64,000 nt of DNA from Eledone cirrhosa. Its lineage: Eukaryota. Positions 12,150 through 53,849 of this stretch are shown in pieces. The stretch's first letter is position 1, and each line of letters opens with the position of its first letter. The stretch spans positions 21,824,001 to 21,888,000 of the forward strand of contig OZ024766.1 of the NCBI GenBank assembly GCA_964016885.1, given 5' to 3'. The translations under genes were made by a program, and so were the position numbers. The notes beneath the pieces are model-generated. The model was not told the origin of the DNA. It saw only the letters and a program-made list of their open reading frames with translations, and ran no database searches.

Positions 12150-13920
12150 TTCAATATTTGGTCAAAGTTTGCGTCAGCACTGGTCAAAATCTGTGATAAC
12201 ATTGTAAAAATATTGGGTCAACTGTGGCCAAACTTTTGGTTTGTTCTGGCTTAATTTTGGGTTAACATTACATAAACCTCAGGGCAACAGTGGCCCTAAT
12301 CTGTTTGAATATTTGCCAAACTTTGACTCAAAACTGGCCCAAATCCTTCTGAATATTGGTCAAAATCTGTTTGAATATTTACCAAACTTTAGCTCAACAC
12401 TGGCCAGAATTTGTCCCAACTTTGGTCAAAATCTGTCTCCCATATTGGCCAAACTTTAGTCCAACACCAGGCAAACTTTGACTCAACACTGTCTGAAATC
12501 TGTCACAACTTAGGCCCAAATATGTCTGAATATAGGGTAAATTTCGGCTCAACATAGAGCATACTTTTGCTCAACACTGGACAAAATCTGTCACAATTTT
12601 GACCAAAATCTCTTTGAATAATGGCCAAAGTTTGGCTCAACACTAGGCAAACTTTGGCTCAATATTGCTCAAAATCTATCTGAATATTGATCAAATTTTT
12701 ACTCAACATCAAGCATACTTTTGCTCAAGACTTGCCAAAACCTGTCACAACATTGACCAAAATCTGTCACAACTTTGGCCCAAATTTCTTTGAATATTGA
12801 CCAAACTTTAGCTCAACATTGGCCAAAGTTTGGCTCAACACTGGCCAGAATTTGTCACAACATTGGCCAAAATCTGGCTCCTTATTGATCCAACTTTATC
12901 TCAACACTAGGCAAACTTTGGGTCAACACTCTCAAATCTATTGCAACATTTGCCAAAATTTGTTTGAATTTTGGCTCAAGCCTGGTCAAACTTTGGTGGC
13001 TCAAGACTGGCCAAACTTTGGCTCAAGACTGGTCAAAGTTTTGTGGCTCAAGACTGACGAAACTTTGGCTCAAGACTGGTCAAAGTTTTGTGGCTCAAGA
13101 CTGGTCAAAGTTTTGTGGCTCAAGACTGGCCAAACTTTGGCTCAAGACTGGTCAAAGTTTTGTGGCTCAAGACTGACGAAACTTTGGCTCAAGACTGGTC
13201 AAAGTTTTGTGGCTCAAGACTGACGAAACTTTGGCTCAAGACTGGTCAAAGTTTTGTGGCTCAAGACTGGCCAAACTTTGGCTCAAGACTGGTCAAAGTT
13301 TTGTGGCTCAAGACTGACGAAACTTTGGCTCAAGACTGGTCAAAGTTTTGTGGCTCAAGACTGGCCAAACTTTGGCTCAAGACTGGTCAAAGTTTTGTGG
13401 CTCAAGACTGATGAAACATTGGTGACTCAAGACTGGCCAAACTTTGGTGACTCAAGACTGGCCAAACTTTGGTGGCTCAAGACTGGCCAAACTTTGGCTC
13501 AAGACTGGTCAAAGTTTTGTGGCTCAAGACTGACGAAACTTTGGTGGCTCAAGATTGGCCAAACTTTGGCTCAAGACTGGTCAAAGTTTTGTGGCTCAAG
13601 ACTGACGAAACTTTGGTGGCTCAAGACTGGCCAAACTTTGGCTCAAGACTGGTCAAAGTTTTGTGGCTCAAGACTGACGAAACTTTGGTGGCTCAAGACT
13701 GACCAAACTTTGGCTCAAGACTGGTCAAAGTTTTGTGGCTCAAGACTGACGAAACTTTGGTGGCTCAAGACTGGCCAAACTTTGGCTCAAGACTGGTCAA
13801 AGTTTTGTGGCTCAAGACTGATGAAATATTGGTGGCTCAAGACTGGTCAAAGTTTTGTGGCTCAAGACTGACCAAACTTTGGTGGCTCAAGACTGGCCAA
13901 ACTCTGGCTCAATGTTGACC
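12150..13920. repeat. 11-bp-periodic satellite (22/25-bp units, 47/72-bp higher-order repeats)
   Basis: GGCTCAAGACT followed by GGCCAAACTTT, GGTCAAAGTTTTGT or GACGAAACTTT; degenerate on the left, homogeneous on the right. Confidence 0.9.
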
Positions 13921-14324
13921 AAAATCCTGACTCGCTGACCATCCAAATTTTGGTTCAACTTTACACTTAAATTCCTCACCTGACCTCTGCCTTCTTCACC
14001 CCACCCCCACCCCCACATTGCCCCCTGTTGACCTCTCAACCCTGCTTGACCTCTGCCTTCTTCACCCCACCCCCACCTCCACATTGCCCCCTGTTGACCT
14101 CTAGGATATATGAGTGCCACATAGCAGGACCTGAACATGTATGAGAAGGACACTGGCACATATCCTCATTGACTATATAAATATATATACATATATATGT
14201 ATGTATATATATTTATATATGTGTGTATATATATATAGAAAGAGAAATGGCTCCTACAGGAGTAAAACTGTTAAATTCGAAGGAAATCATCAGGCAAGTG
14301 TGTATATATATATATATACACACG

Positions 14325-14378
<54 letters not shown>

Positions 14379-14391
14379 CACACACAAATAC

Positions 14392-14426
<35 letters not shown>

Positions 14427-14467
14427 TACATACACACTCACACACACATACATACACACTCACATAC

Positions 14468-14498
<31 letters not shown>

Positions 14499-14548
14499 TA
14501 CATATATACACACACACACATACATATATACACACACACACACACACA

Positions 14549-14600
<52 letters not shown>

Positions 14601-14729
14601 CATTCAAATATTATAGACATATACATAAATAATTAAATACAGAAATATACAAAAAAAATATATATATATATATATAAAGATTGCTAAAACTTACTGTTGT
14701 TGTTGTTGTTGTTACTGCTATTATTGCTG

Positions 14730-15332
14730 TGGATCGACAGTATCAGTAGAGGGTCGGACGCCATGCTTTGCAGCATAGAGTTACGGCCCTTTACGGTCTG
14801 AGTTCAAATCCCGCCGAGATTAACTTTGTCTTTCGTTCTTACAGGGTCGATAAAATAAAGTACCAGTAATACACTGAGGTAATTGCTGGCCTTGTGCCCC
14901 CAAAAGTAGAAACAATTATTACGGGGTTAGTAAAATAAAGTACCAGTAATACACTGGGGTAATTGCTGGCTTGTGCCCCCCAAAATAGAAACAATTATTA
15001 CGGGGTTAGTAAAATAAAGCACCAGTAATACACTGGGGTAATTGCTGGCTTGTGCCCCCAAAAGTAGAAACAATTATTACGGGGTTAGTAAAATAAAGTA
15101 CCAGTAATACACTGGGGTAATTGCTGGCCTTGTGCCCCCCAAAATAGAAACAATTATTACGGGGTTAGTAAAATAAAGTACCAGTAATACACTGGGGTAA
15201 TTGCTGGCTTGTGCCCCCAAAAGTAGAAACAATTATTACGGGGTTAGTAAAATAAAGTACCAGTAATATACTGGGGTAATGGATGGCCTTGTGCCCCCAA
15301 AAGTAGAACCAGGTATTACGGGGTCAGTAAAT
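14730..15332 (+). repeat. SINE family 2 with its ~80-bp 3' segment tandemly amplified (~6x)
   Basis: CGGGGTTAGTAAAATAAAG at 14922, 15001, 15080, 15160, 15239; similar arrays at 29090-29600, 29810-30490, 34765-35210 and 45810-46290. Confidence 0.85.
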
Positions 15333-15549
15333 CTTTCAAAATTCTTCATTAATTAATTAAAATACAGGGTCCCTGTTTAAATTAAAATCTTCCAACATAA
15401 TTTTATACAAGAACCTACTTTAAGTTACTTTCTTAGTAATGAAATAATTAATAATTTTAGTAAATCTTTCAAAATTCTTCATTAATTAATTAAAATACAG
15501 GGTCCCTGTTTAAATTAAAATCTTCCAACATAATTTTATATAAGAACCT

Positions 15550-15720
15550 TACATCACGAGATATGACCCACCCAGCAAAGCTGTCTCAATACTTGTGATA
15601 TCGGCCCTCTTGAGGCCTTCGTTGTTTGTTATATAGTCCTGCTAATGGATGTCCACGATGGTGAGAAGACATCGCTGGTTGAATCTTTCCAGTAGCTTGA
15701 TCTGCTTCCAGTACAAGACC
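15550..15720 (-). mobile_element. RTE-BovB-like LINE remnant
   Basis: Minus strand IKLLERFNQRCLLTIVDIH*QDYITNNEGLKRADITSIE resembles the RTE C-terminal LERFHQRCLR..WQD motif. Confidence 0.55.
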
Positions 15721-15849
15721 CAAGTTTAAGCTCCGTGGCGGAGGGTAGTGACTACAACAGCTCTGTAGACTCTGTAGAGCCCCTACTGCGCCAAATTGAT
15801 AGATCACAGCTCTTGATACTATGATGAGGTTAGAATGGTTCAGGAAAGC

Positions 15850-16875
15850 TTGGTTGGTCACGCTTGGGGACCCAGCCAAATCAGTTGGAGACAGTTGCTT
15901 CTAACAGGACCCACTGCTAGGAGTGTTTGAGGGCTCTTCACCCCCCCCCCCCCCCCCCGCGACCTTCTCAGGACTAAGTGGGTAAGGAAGAAGGGTATAT
16001 AGGGATGACACTAGTGCCAAGCTGTCTCCGTCTTTCCCTTGGATAACAACATATATTGCTGGGGGACAGATTTTACAGGAGACCCTGAGGTAGACCTGGA
16101 GCAAGATGGTTGGGTAACATCCATGAGCTTGGCCGGTCTTGCTTGGGGACCCAGCCAGATCAGTTGGAGACAGGTGCTTCTGACAGGACCCACTGCTAGG
16201 AGTGTTTGAGGACTCTTCACCCCCCACGACCCTCTCAGGACTAAGTGGGTAAAGAAGAAGGGTATATAGGGATGACACTGGTGCCAAGTTGTCTCTGTCT
16301 TTCCCTTGGATAACAACATATATTGCTGGGGGACAGATTTTACAGGAGACCCTGAGGTAGACCTGGAGCAAGATGGTAGGGTAACATCCATGAGCTTGGC
16401 CGGTCTTGCTTGGGGACCCAGCCAGATCAGTTGGAGACTGTTGCTTCTGACAGGACCCACTGGAAGGAGTGTTTGAGGACTCTGGCCCCACGACCCTTTC
16501 AGGAATAAATGGGACAGATTTTTACAGGAGACCCAGAGGTAGACCTGGAGCAAGATGGTAGGGTAACATCCATGAGCTTGGCTGGTCTTGCTTGGGTGAC
16601 CCAACCGGATCAATTAGAGATGCTTGCTTCTGACAGGACCTGGTCGTAGAAGTTCTTTGAGGACTCTTCAACCCACCCCCCGAACCCACCCACGACTTTC
16701 TCAGGAATAAGTGGGTAAAGAGGACAAAAGATGAAGAAAAAGGGCAAAAGATGAAGGCAAAGGACAAAAGATGAAGAAAAAGGGCAAAAGATGAAGGCAA
16801 AGGGCAAAAGATGAAGAAAAGGGCAAAAGATGAAGAAAAAGAGCAAAAGATGAAGAAAAAGGGCAAAAGATGAAG
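15850..16875. repeat. ~270-bp tandem repeat (3-4 units) plus a 19/20-bp purine-rich repeat downstream of the CPSF3 stop
   Basis: GCTTGGGGACCCAGCC at 15862, 16141, 16408 and a variant at 16590; GGGCAAAAGATGAAG units at 16720-16875. Confidence 0.85.
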
Positions 16876-16989
16876 GTGTCTCTTTATTCTTTCTCTCTTT
16901 TTTTTTTCCATTTTTTTTTTTTCATCATAGAAAAATAACAAAAATATATCTTGTCTTGGTGGGAGACGAACAAGGGCAAAGTACTTAAA

Positions 16990-17031
<42 letters not shown>

Positions 17032-17434
17032 ACAGTGAGTGTCTGTCTGTGAATGTATGTATGTATATATATATATATATATATATATCTGTCTATGAAT
17101 GTGAGAGTATGTATATATATATATATGTATGTATATATATATATGTATATATATATATCTGTCTATGAATGTGAGAGTATGTATATATATATATATGTAT
17201 GTATATATATATGTATGTCTGTCTATTAATGAGTGTATATATGTATATATATATATATATCTGTCTATGAATGTGAGAGTATGTATATATATATATATGT
17301 ATGTATATATATATATATATGTATGTCTGTCTATTAATGAGTGCATATATATATATATATATATCTGTCTGTCTGTCTGTGAATGAGAGTGTATATATAT
17401 ATATATATATATCTGTCTATGAATGTATATATGT

Positions 17435-17472
<38 letters not shown>

Positions 17473-17537
17473 CTATGAATCAGAGTGTATATATATATAT
17501 ATGTGTGTGTCTCTCTGTCTATGAATGTGAGTGTATG

Positions 17538-17577
<40 letters not shown>

Positions 17578-17611
17578 TGTGTGTGTGTGCCACAAGTATC
17601 TCCTGCCTCCT

Positions 17612-45644
<28,033 letters not shown>

Positions 45645-48600
45645 CTTGCAGATGTGAAGAATAAACACACAAGACTTGCAGCGACACCTATATAAACACG
45701 GGTGGTTACCTCCCCTTTCGTTTACTGGCTGGGCGGCGCCATATTAAGAGGGGGGAGACCGGTCGGCTGGTGTGCTAGAAATAGCAGTCAAGTCTCCATC
45801 ATAGTAGCGGTTTCTACTTGAGGCACAAGCCCAGCAATAACCTCAGTGTATTACTGGTACTTTATTTTACTGACCCCCGTAATAACTGTTTCTACTTTTG
45901 GGGACACAAGGCCAGCAATTACTCCAGTGTATTACTGGTACTTTATTTTACTGACCCCCGTAATAACTGTTTCTACTTTTGGGGACACAAGGCCAGCAAT
46001 TACCCCAGTGTATTACTGGTACTTTGTTTGACTGACCCTGTAATCATTGTTTCTACTTTTGGGGACACAAGGCCAGCAATTACCTCAGTGTATTACTGGT
46101 ACTTTGTTTGACTGACCCTGTAATCATTGTTTCTACTTTTGGGGACAGAAGGCCAGCAATTACCCCAGTGTATTACTGGTACTTTGTTTGACTGACCCTG
46201 TAATAATTGTTTCTACTTTAGGCACAAGGCCAGCAATTACCTCAGTGTATTACTGGTACTTTATTTTATCAACCCTGTAATTAAGATATTAACTTAATAA
46301 TGAAATAATTAATAATTTTATTAAATACTTGAAAATTATGTTGGAAGGTTTTAATTTAAATAGGAACCCTGTATTTCAATTAATTAATTGCTTCTACTTT
46401 TGGGGGCACAAGGCCAGCAAATACCCCAGTATATTACTGGTACTTTATTTTACTGACTCTGTAATACCTGTTTCTACTTTCGGCACAAGGCACAACATTT
46501 AAACGCTATATGAACCAAGAAGAGACAACACCAAAATGTGTGTTTTGTAGAGAAGATCATTTAATCATCATCATCATCATTTCATTTTTAAGTCCACTTT
46601 TCCCTGCTAGCAAGGGTGGGACGGGAACTGATTCTGGCTTGATTTCTACAGCTGGATGCTCTTCCTAACACCAACCTCATTTACAGTGAGTGCTGGGTGC
46701 TTTTTTGCCGTGGCACCTCCACGACCACTTTACAGTGTGTACTGGGTGCTTTTTTGCCGTGGCACCTCCACGACCACTTTACAGTGAGTGCTGGGTGCTT
46801 TTTTGCCGTGGCACCTCCACGACCACTTTACAGTGAGTGCTGGGTGCTTTTTTACCGTGGCACCTCCACGACCACTTTACAGTGTGGACTGGGTGCTTTT
46901 TTGCCGTGGCACCTACATGCCCACTTTACAGTGTGGACTGGGTGCTTTTTTGCTGTGGCACCTACATGTCCACTTTACAGTGTGTACTGGGTGCTTTTTT
47001 GCCGTGGCACCTCCACGACCACTTTACAGTAAGTGCTGGGTGCTTTTTTGCCGTGGCACCTCCACGACCACTTTACAGTGAGGGCTGGGTGCTTTTTTAC
47101 CGTGGCACCTCCACGACCACTTTACAGTGTGGACTGGGTGCTTTTTTGCCGTGGCACCTACATGTCCACTTTACAGTGTGGACTGGGTGCTTTTTTGCTG
47201 TGACACCTCCATGTCCACTTTACAGTGTGTACTGGGTGTTTTTTTGCCGTGGCACCTCTACGACCACTTTACAGTGAGTGCTGGGTGCTTTTTTGCCATG
47301 GCCCCTCCACGACCACTTTACAGTGAGTGCTGGGTCCTTTTTTGCCGTGGCACCTCCACGACCACTTTGCAGTGGAATGATAGGGACCCCAGTCCCTATC
47401 ATCTCATTTCTACAGCTGAGTAAACTGGAGCAATGTGAAATAGAGTGTCTTGCTCAAGGAAGCAACACATCAAAACTAATCTATTTTAGAAGTTAACTTT
47501 CAGAAGTTGTTTCCCTTTTCTCTCTTTGCATCATGGCAGTAACTGGTGCAGTAACACATTTACTGAATATCTTGAATATCTCCAACTGTTTCTGTGGAGC
47601 TCACATGTTGGTGTGATCATTGGTTTCCAAGTCCACTTATGGCCACCACTGTTTATTGGGGGAGGCACTTCCAAACAGACCCTTCACTGGACATGCTGAC
47701 AAATATATTAAAAGGAAGTTCTTTCCTCCAACAATTTTCACCCCAAACAGAGGAGAGTTTCATATTGTCAAAAAGAGAGGTAAATCTTTAGTGGTGGAAT
47801 TGTCAGGCTTAATTATATATGTAATTCGACACATAGAAGTGGTTGATAGCTTTTGCAATCTAGGTGACTTAATTAGCAGTGGAGGGGGCTGCTCTGAAAG
47901 ATGAATAGCTAGAATAAGGGTAGGATGGAAAAAGTTTAGAGAGCTACTGCAACAGTTGACCACAAAAGGTTTCTCTCGCTGTAGTAAAGGACGACTGTAT
48001 GACACATGTGGGTGATGTGCAATGATGTATGGTAACTAAACAAGGGCTGTGACTGCAGAGGGTATGTAGACTGGAGAGAAATGAAACAACCATGTTTTGT
48101 AGGATATGTTGTGTAAGTGTGAGAGAAAGGCAGAGTTTGGACGAGTTCAAGAAGAAGCTGGGTTTAAGAGTGATCTGAAGTGGTGTGTAAGACAGAAGAC
48201 TGTTTGTACAGACATGTGATGAACATGGATAATGACCACTGGGTGAAGAAGTGCCAGGACATCCCAGTAGAAAGAAGACCAAGAAAGACCTGGACAGAGG
48301 CTGTGTGAACTGACTTCAAATCACTGACTTTCACAGAGGAGATGACAAAGGAACACGACAAGTGGAAAGATGCCATGTTGAGAAGGACCTGTCCAACCAA
48401 GCAAGCATGGAAAGACGGACATAAAAACAGTGATGATGTTGATGAAGATGACGTACATATACACACATACATACACAAATAAGTCAAATACAGATACAAA
48501 CATATACATGGACACAAATTTCTACACACATACATTCACATATATATAGCGTATGTAAATTCTGAACGCTACAGATTTGTCAGCACAAGTCTTGGTTACA

Positions 48601-49179
48601 ACTTCTACAAATAAAATGAAAGGAGAAGAATTTCTTAGTAAAACAGTTTTATTCAAAATATTAACAACATTGGTGGCACTATTTTGGGTGAGTGATATGC
48701 TTTTTATTTTGGGTGAGTGATATGGTTTTTATCTTGTCTGATTGTGTTGCATTAAGTAACCTTTACAAGAGAATGATTTACCACAGACATCACAGTGATA
48801 TAGTTCCTCTCCTGTAAATGCTAGAGTCTAGTGAAGCCACAATATTTAGACAATGATTTACTGCAGATATCACAGTGATATGGTTCCTCTTCTGTAAATG
48901 TTAGTGCCGAATGAAGTGAGTTATTTCAGAGAATGATTTCCCACAGATATCACAGTGATATGGTTTCTCTCCTGTATGTATATGTTTGTGTCTAGTTGAA
49001 CAAGCTTTCATGGATAACAATTTACCACAAATATTACAGTGATATGGCTTTTCACCAGTATATATATGTTTGCATGAAGTTAATGTAGCAATGACAAAGA
49101 ATAGTACAGTAGTATGGCTTCTCATATGAATGTATTTATGTTGACTTCACCATTTTGAGAATATGAGATATTTTTTTGG

Positions 49180-50373
49180 TTATGGGTTCTCACCCGTATG
49201 CGTATATTTGTGTCTAGTTAAACTACTTGATACAGAGAATGATTTACCACAGATATCGCAGTGGTATGACTTGTCTCCTGTATGGGTATGTAAGTGTTTA
49301 GTTAAGTTACTACTTACAGAGAATGATTTACCACAGATATCGCAGTGGTATGGCTTGTCTCCTGTATGGGTACGTTTGTGGCTAGTTAAGTTACCACTTA
49401 TAACGAATGATTTACCACAGATATCACAGTGATATGGCTTGTCTCCTGTATGTATACGTTTGTGAGTGGTTAAGTGACTACTTATAAAGAATGATTTACC
49501 ACAGATATCACAGTGGTATGGCTTATCTCCTGTATGGGTACGTTTGTGTATAGTTAAGGTACTATTATCAGAGAATGATTTACCACAGATATCACAGTGG
49601 TATGGCTTGTCTCCTGTATGGGTACGTTTGTGTGTAGTTAAGTGACTACTTCGAGAGAATGATTTACCACAGATATCACAGTGGTATGGCTTGTCGCCTG
49701 TATGTATACGTTTGTGGGTAGTTAAGGTACTACTAACAGAGAATGATTTGCCACAGATATCACAGTGGTATGGCTTGTCTCCTGTATGTATACGTTTGTG
49801 TCTAGTTAAGGTACTACTAACAGAGAATGATTTGCCACAGATATCACAGCGGTATGGCTTGTCTCCTGTATGGGTACGTTTGTGGCTAGTTAAGTTACCA
49901 CTTATAAAGAATGTTTTACCACAGATATCACAGTGGTATGGCTTGTCTCCTGTATGGGTAGATTTGTGTGTAGTTAAATTACTTGATGCAGAGGATAATT
50001 TACCACAGATATCACAGTGGTATGGCTTGTCTGCTGTATGTATACGTTTGTGTCTAGTTAAGTGAATACTTTGAGAGAATGATTTACCACAGATAACGCA
50101 GTGGTATGGCTTGTCTCCTGTATGGGTACGTTTGTGTGGAATTAACTGACCACTTTGAGAGAATGATTTACCACAGATATCGCAGTGGTATGGCTTGTCT
50201 CCTGTATGTATATGTTTGTGGCTAGTTAAGGTACTACTAACAGAGAATGATTTACCACAGACATCACAGTGATATGGTTTCTCTCCTCTAGAATTTGACA
50301 TCTCTTCTGGAATAGCCATATCTCTAGACAATGTTTCACATTTAATCTTCTTCTCACTCAATTTAGTTTCCAT
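49180..50373 (-). CDS. C2H2 zinc-finger protein, 13 tandem fingers, no KRAB domain (ZNF-A)
   Basis: 397-aa ORF: 35-aa leader plus 13 C-x2-C-x12-H-x3-H units with TGDKPY linkers; candidate 5'-UTR intron acceptor at 50760-50761. Confidence 0.92.
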   Translation of the reverse strand: METKLSEKKIKCETLSRDMAIPEEMSNSRGEKPYHCDVCGKSFSVSSTLTSHKHIHTGDKPYHCDICGKSFSQSGQLIPHKRTHTGDKPYHCVICGKSFSQSIHLTRHKRIHTADKPYHCDICGKLSSASSNLTTHKSTHTGDKPYHCDICGKTFFISGNLTSHKRTHTGDKPYRCDICGKSFSVSSTLTRHKRIHTGDKPYHCDICGKSFSVSSTLTTHKRIHTGDKPYHCDICGKSFSRSSHLTTHKRTHTGDKPYHCDICGKSFSDNSTLTIHKRTHTGDKPYHCDICGKSFFISSHLTTHKRIHTGDKPYHCDICGKSFVISGNLTSHKRTHTGDKPYHCDICGKSFSVSSNLTKHLHTHTGDKSYHCDICGKSFSVSSSLTRHKYTHTGENP

Positions 50374-51674
50374 GTTTCTTCTTCCCTTGGCAGAATTTAC
50401 AGATGTTATTCTTGTCTTATTTTATATATTATATTCCTGAAGATATTTCTTCTGCTATATTTCCAGCAACTGATCTCAGTCAAGATTTGAAGATGATGCA
50501 AACTTCTTTCTGATCCAAGTTTAGTTAAGATTCAAAATCATCTTGTAAATATTTCAGAGGCTGATGAAACAATACTTTTCCAAGAATTTTTCCAAGACAC
50601 ACAGTTCCGAGGAAATATTTCACAGTAATTCTGCCGTAGATTTATATAAACAGTGTTATATGAGTTCCGTATGAAAAGCTTTAGTCTTGAAATGATGATA
50701 AATAGAGGGGATGTATTCAAGTTTTAAAAAATAATTTTATCCCAATGTCATCTGATATTCTGAAATAAGAAAGAAATAGTATGAGATAATAGAGAATTCT
50801 TTAGAAATAGAGATAGATTTAACATTGGAAATTTTATATTTCTATATTGATAAACTGTAGATATCAACTTTCCTGTCCAGAGTTATTCTCTCCAATGTAA
50901 GCAGTGATATTCCAAGATGCTCTATAAACTATATTCTTCTAACTCTTGGGAGGTCTGCTCTATAGCCTTTACCCAAGAACTTCATTCTTATATGACATTC
51001 TAACATGGTAATTGTCTGAGACCTGAGATGTGCAACTTGACAGTTCCTTGAGTAACAGTTCTTTCTACCTGGAAGGGGAAAAGTGCTGTGTAATTGCTTG
51101 GTAACAGTCAAAGAATTCTCACACATGGCTACCCTAGGCACCCCGTTAACATGACTTGTGTTAGGCTTGTAGACATAATTAGCGGGAATTTTTATTCGTA
51201 GGGCTTTCCATAATTTTAGCACTATTTTTTTCTTTTCTGTTTGGTTGCCTTTCCACTCATCAACCACTTTACAGCAAGGACTGGGTGTATTGTTTGTGGC
51301 ACAAGAGAGGTTATTTTAATGGTCTTAAGAGCTCATATACATACATATATATATATACATATGTTTAGTTATTTATATGTCTAGATATTTATATATATAT
51401 ACATATAAATTTCACCAGAGATAGAAAACCAGAATTAGTCATTTAGTTTACATATAAATTTCACCAGAGATAGAAAACCAGAATTAGTCATTTAGTTTAC
51501 ATAATGAGACCCTAACCCATACTATTTATTTTAAATGGGTGGAGTGAATTAAGAGTGGGGTGGTGGTGTAAAAAATCTGAAAATTAAATGAGGGTGGGGG
51601 AAAATTATTTGAGACCAAAGTGAGGGTGGGGGACAATTATTTGAGACCAAAGTGAGGGTGGGGGACAATTATTT

Positions 51675-52070
51675 GAGTTACACACACATCTGAGTTACAC
51701 ACACATCTGAGTTACACACATCTGAGTTACCCACACATCTGAGTTACACACACATCTACTGAGTTATACGCACATCTGAGTTATACACACATCTGAGTTA
51801 CACACACATCTACAGAGTTACACACACATCTACTGAGTTATACACACATCTGAGTTATACACACATCTGAGTTACACACACATCTACTGAGTTACACACA
51901 CATCTACTGAGTTACACACACATATCTACTGAGTTACACACACATCTACAGAGTTATACACACATCTACTGAGTTATACACATATCTACTGAGTTATACA
52001 CACATCTGAGTTACACACACATCTACTGAGTTACACACACATCTACAGAATTATACACACATCTACTCAT
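51675..52070. repeat. ~17-22-bp minisatellite upstream of the ZNF-A CDS (mirror at 54190-54560)
   Basis: TGAGTTACACACACATCTAC units. Confidence 0.9.
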
Positions 52071-52292
52071 ACATATTTATAAATAGACACATTATACAAA
52101 ATACAAAATAATTATTATATACACTCACATCTATGAATGATTTAGGAAGAGCTGGTGAAACACTATAGCAATATGTGTGTTGCACCCTTTTTTGTTTTAC
52201 CGGCTACATAGCCTATCCCTATTCTTATATCAGATGTGAAGGTATTATCTTGTCTAGTATGTATAATGTATGTATACAATATATATATACAC

Positions 52293-52325
<33 letters not shown>

Positions 52326-53120
52326 TTTATATATATATATATATACTTTATATATATACTTTATATATATATATATATACTTTATATATATAAAGTATAT
52401 AAATATTTAAGCAGAAAATAGGGGAAAAATTAGTCAGAAATATTTTAAATATAAAACGGAATAAATTAATGAAAGAAACGTAAAACAGATAAAAGTTGTT
52501 GAAATACCTTGAAAATATAAAATATAGAAGAAAGAGGCAGGAATTGATTGAGTTTGAAGTAAATTAATGAATGAACGAAAGTAGGTGGGGCAGGAACAGG
52601 AAGTAAAGACAGTACAGTCTCGCAGTGAATGGTAAGGTTTAGAGTAAGAATTATTTTATTCCTGGTTGTATAAATAACATTACAAATTATACTTAGACGA
52701 ATAATGTGCTGTATTAAATATATATATATATATAAATATATATATCACAGGGCCGAACAGCAAGTACAGTCTCGCAGTAAATGGTAAGGATTAGGGGAAG
52801 AATTATTTTATTCCTGGTTGTATAAATAACTTTACAAATATCACAAATATCAAATAGATAAAAAAAAATATATACCTATATATATATATTATATATATAT
52901 ATATATATATGGCATACGTCAAGACGGGCGGTCAGAAAAGTGAAAGTCTTGACGTATTCCCAACTCCTTTGTAGTGCTATATATATATATATATATATTT
53001 TAAATTTTGTTTATCTATTTATTTGTGATATTTGTAAAGTTATTTATACAACCAGGAATAAAATAATTCTTCTCCTGATCTTTACCATTCACTGCGAGAC
53101 TGTACTTGCTGTTCGGCCCT

Positions 53121-53155
<35 letters not shown>

Positions 53156-53411
53156 GATATTAAATAAATGGAAACTATATTTATAAAACCATATTTATTT
53201 CATATTATCCCAACAATTTTAAATAGAACTTTTGCATATATATATATATATATATATATAAGATCAAAAAAAAAATATATATATATATATATTTACTACA
53301 CCACATTATTCGTCTAAGTATAATTTGTAATGTTATTTATACAACCAGGAATAAAATATTTCTTCCCCTAATCCTTACCATTCACTGCGAGACTGTACTT
53401 GCTGTTCGGAC

Positions 53412-53449
<38 letters not shown>

Positions 53450-53804
53450 TACTATAGCACATTATTCGTCTCAGTATAATTTGTAATGTTATTTATACAA
53501 CCAGGAATAAAATAATTCTTACTCTAAACCTTACCATTCACTGCGAGACTGTACTGTCTTTACTTCCTGTTCCTGCCCCACCTACTTTCGTTCATTCATT
53601 AATTTACTTCAAACTCAATCAATTCCTGCCTCTTTCTTCTATATTTTATATTTTCAAGGTATTTCAACAACTTTTATCTGTTTTACGTTTCTTTCATTAA
53701 TTTATTCTGTTTTATATTTAAAATATTTCTGACTAATTTTTCCCCTATTTTCTGTCTAAATATTTATATACTTTATATATATAAAGTATATATATATATA
53801 TAAA

Positions 53805-53849
<45 letters not shown>

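Noticed and set aside
12960-13920. CRISPR-like look (constant GGCTCAAGACT with variable intervals); also the 49-bp arrays
   Set aside because: Intervals are a few recurring variants rather than unique spacers; eukaryotic context and no cas genes.
50929-51267. 112-aa ORF with a 108-aa mirror at 54996-55322
   Set aside because: GTG starts, no domain, inside the presumed ZNF 5' intron; conservation is explained by the recent inverted duplication.
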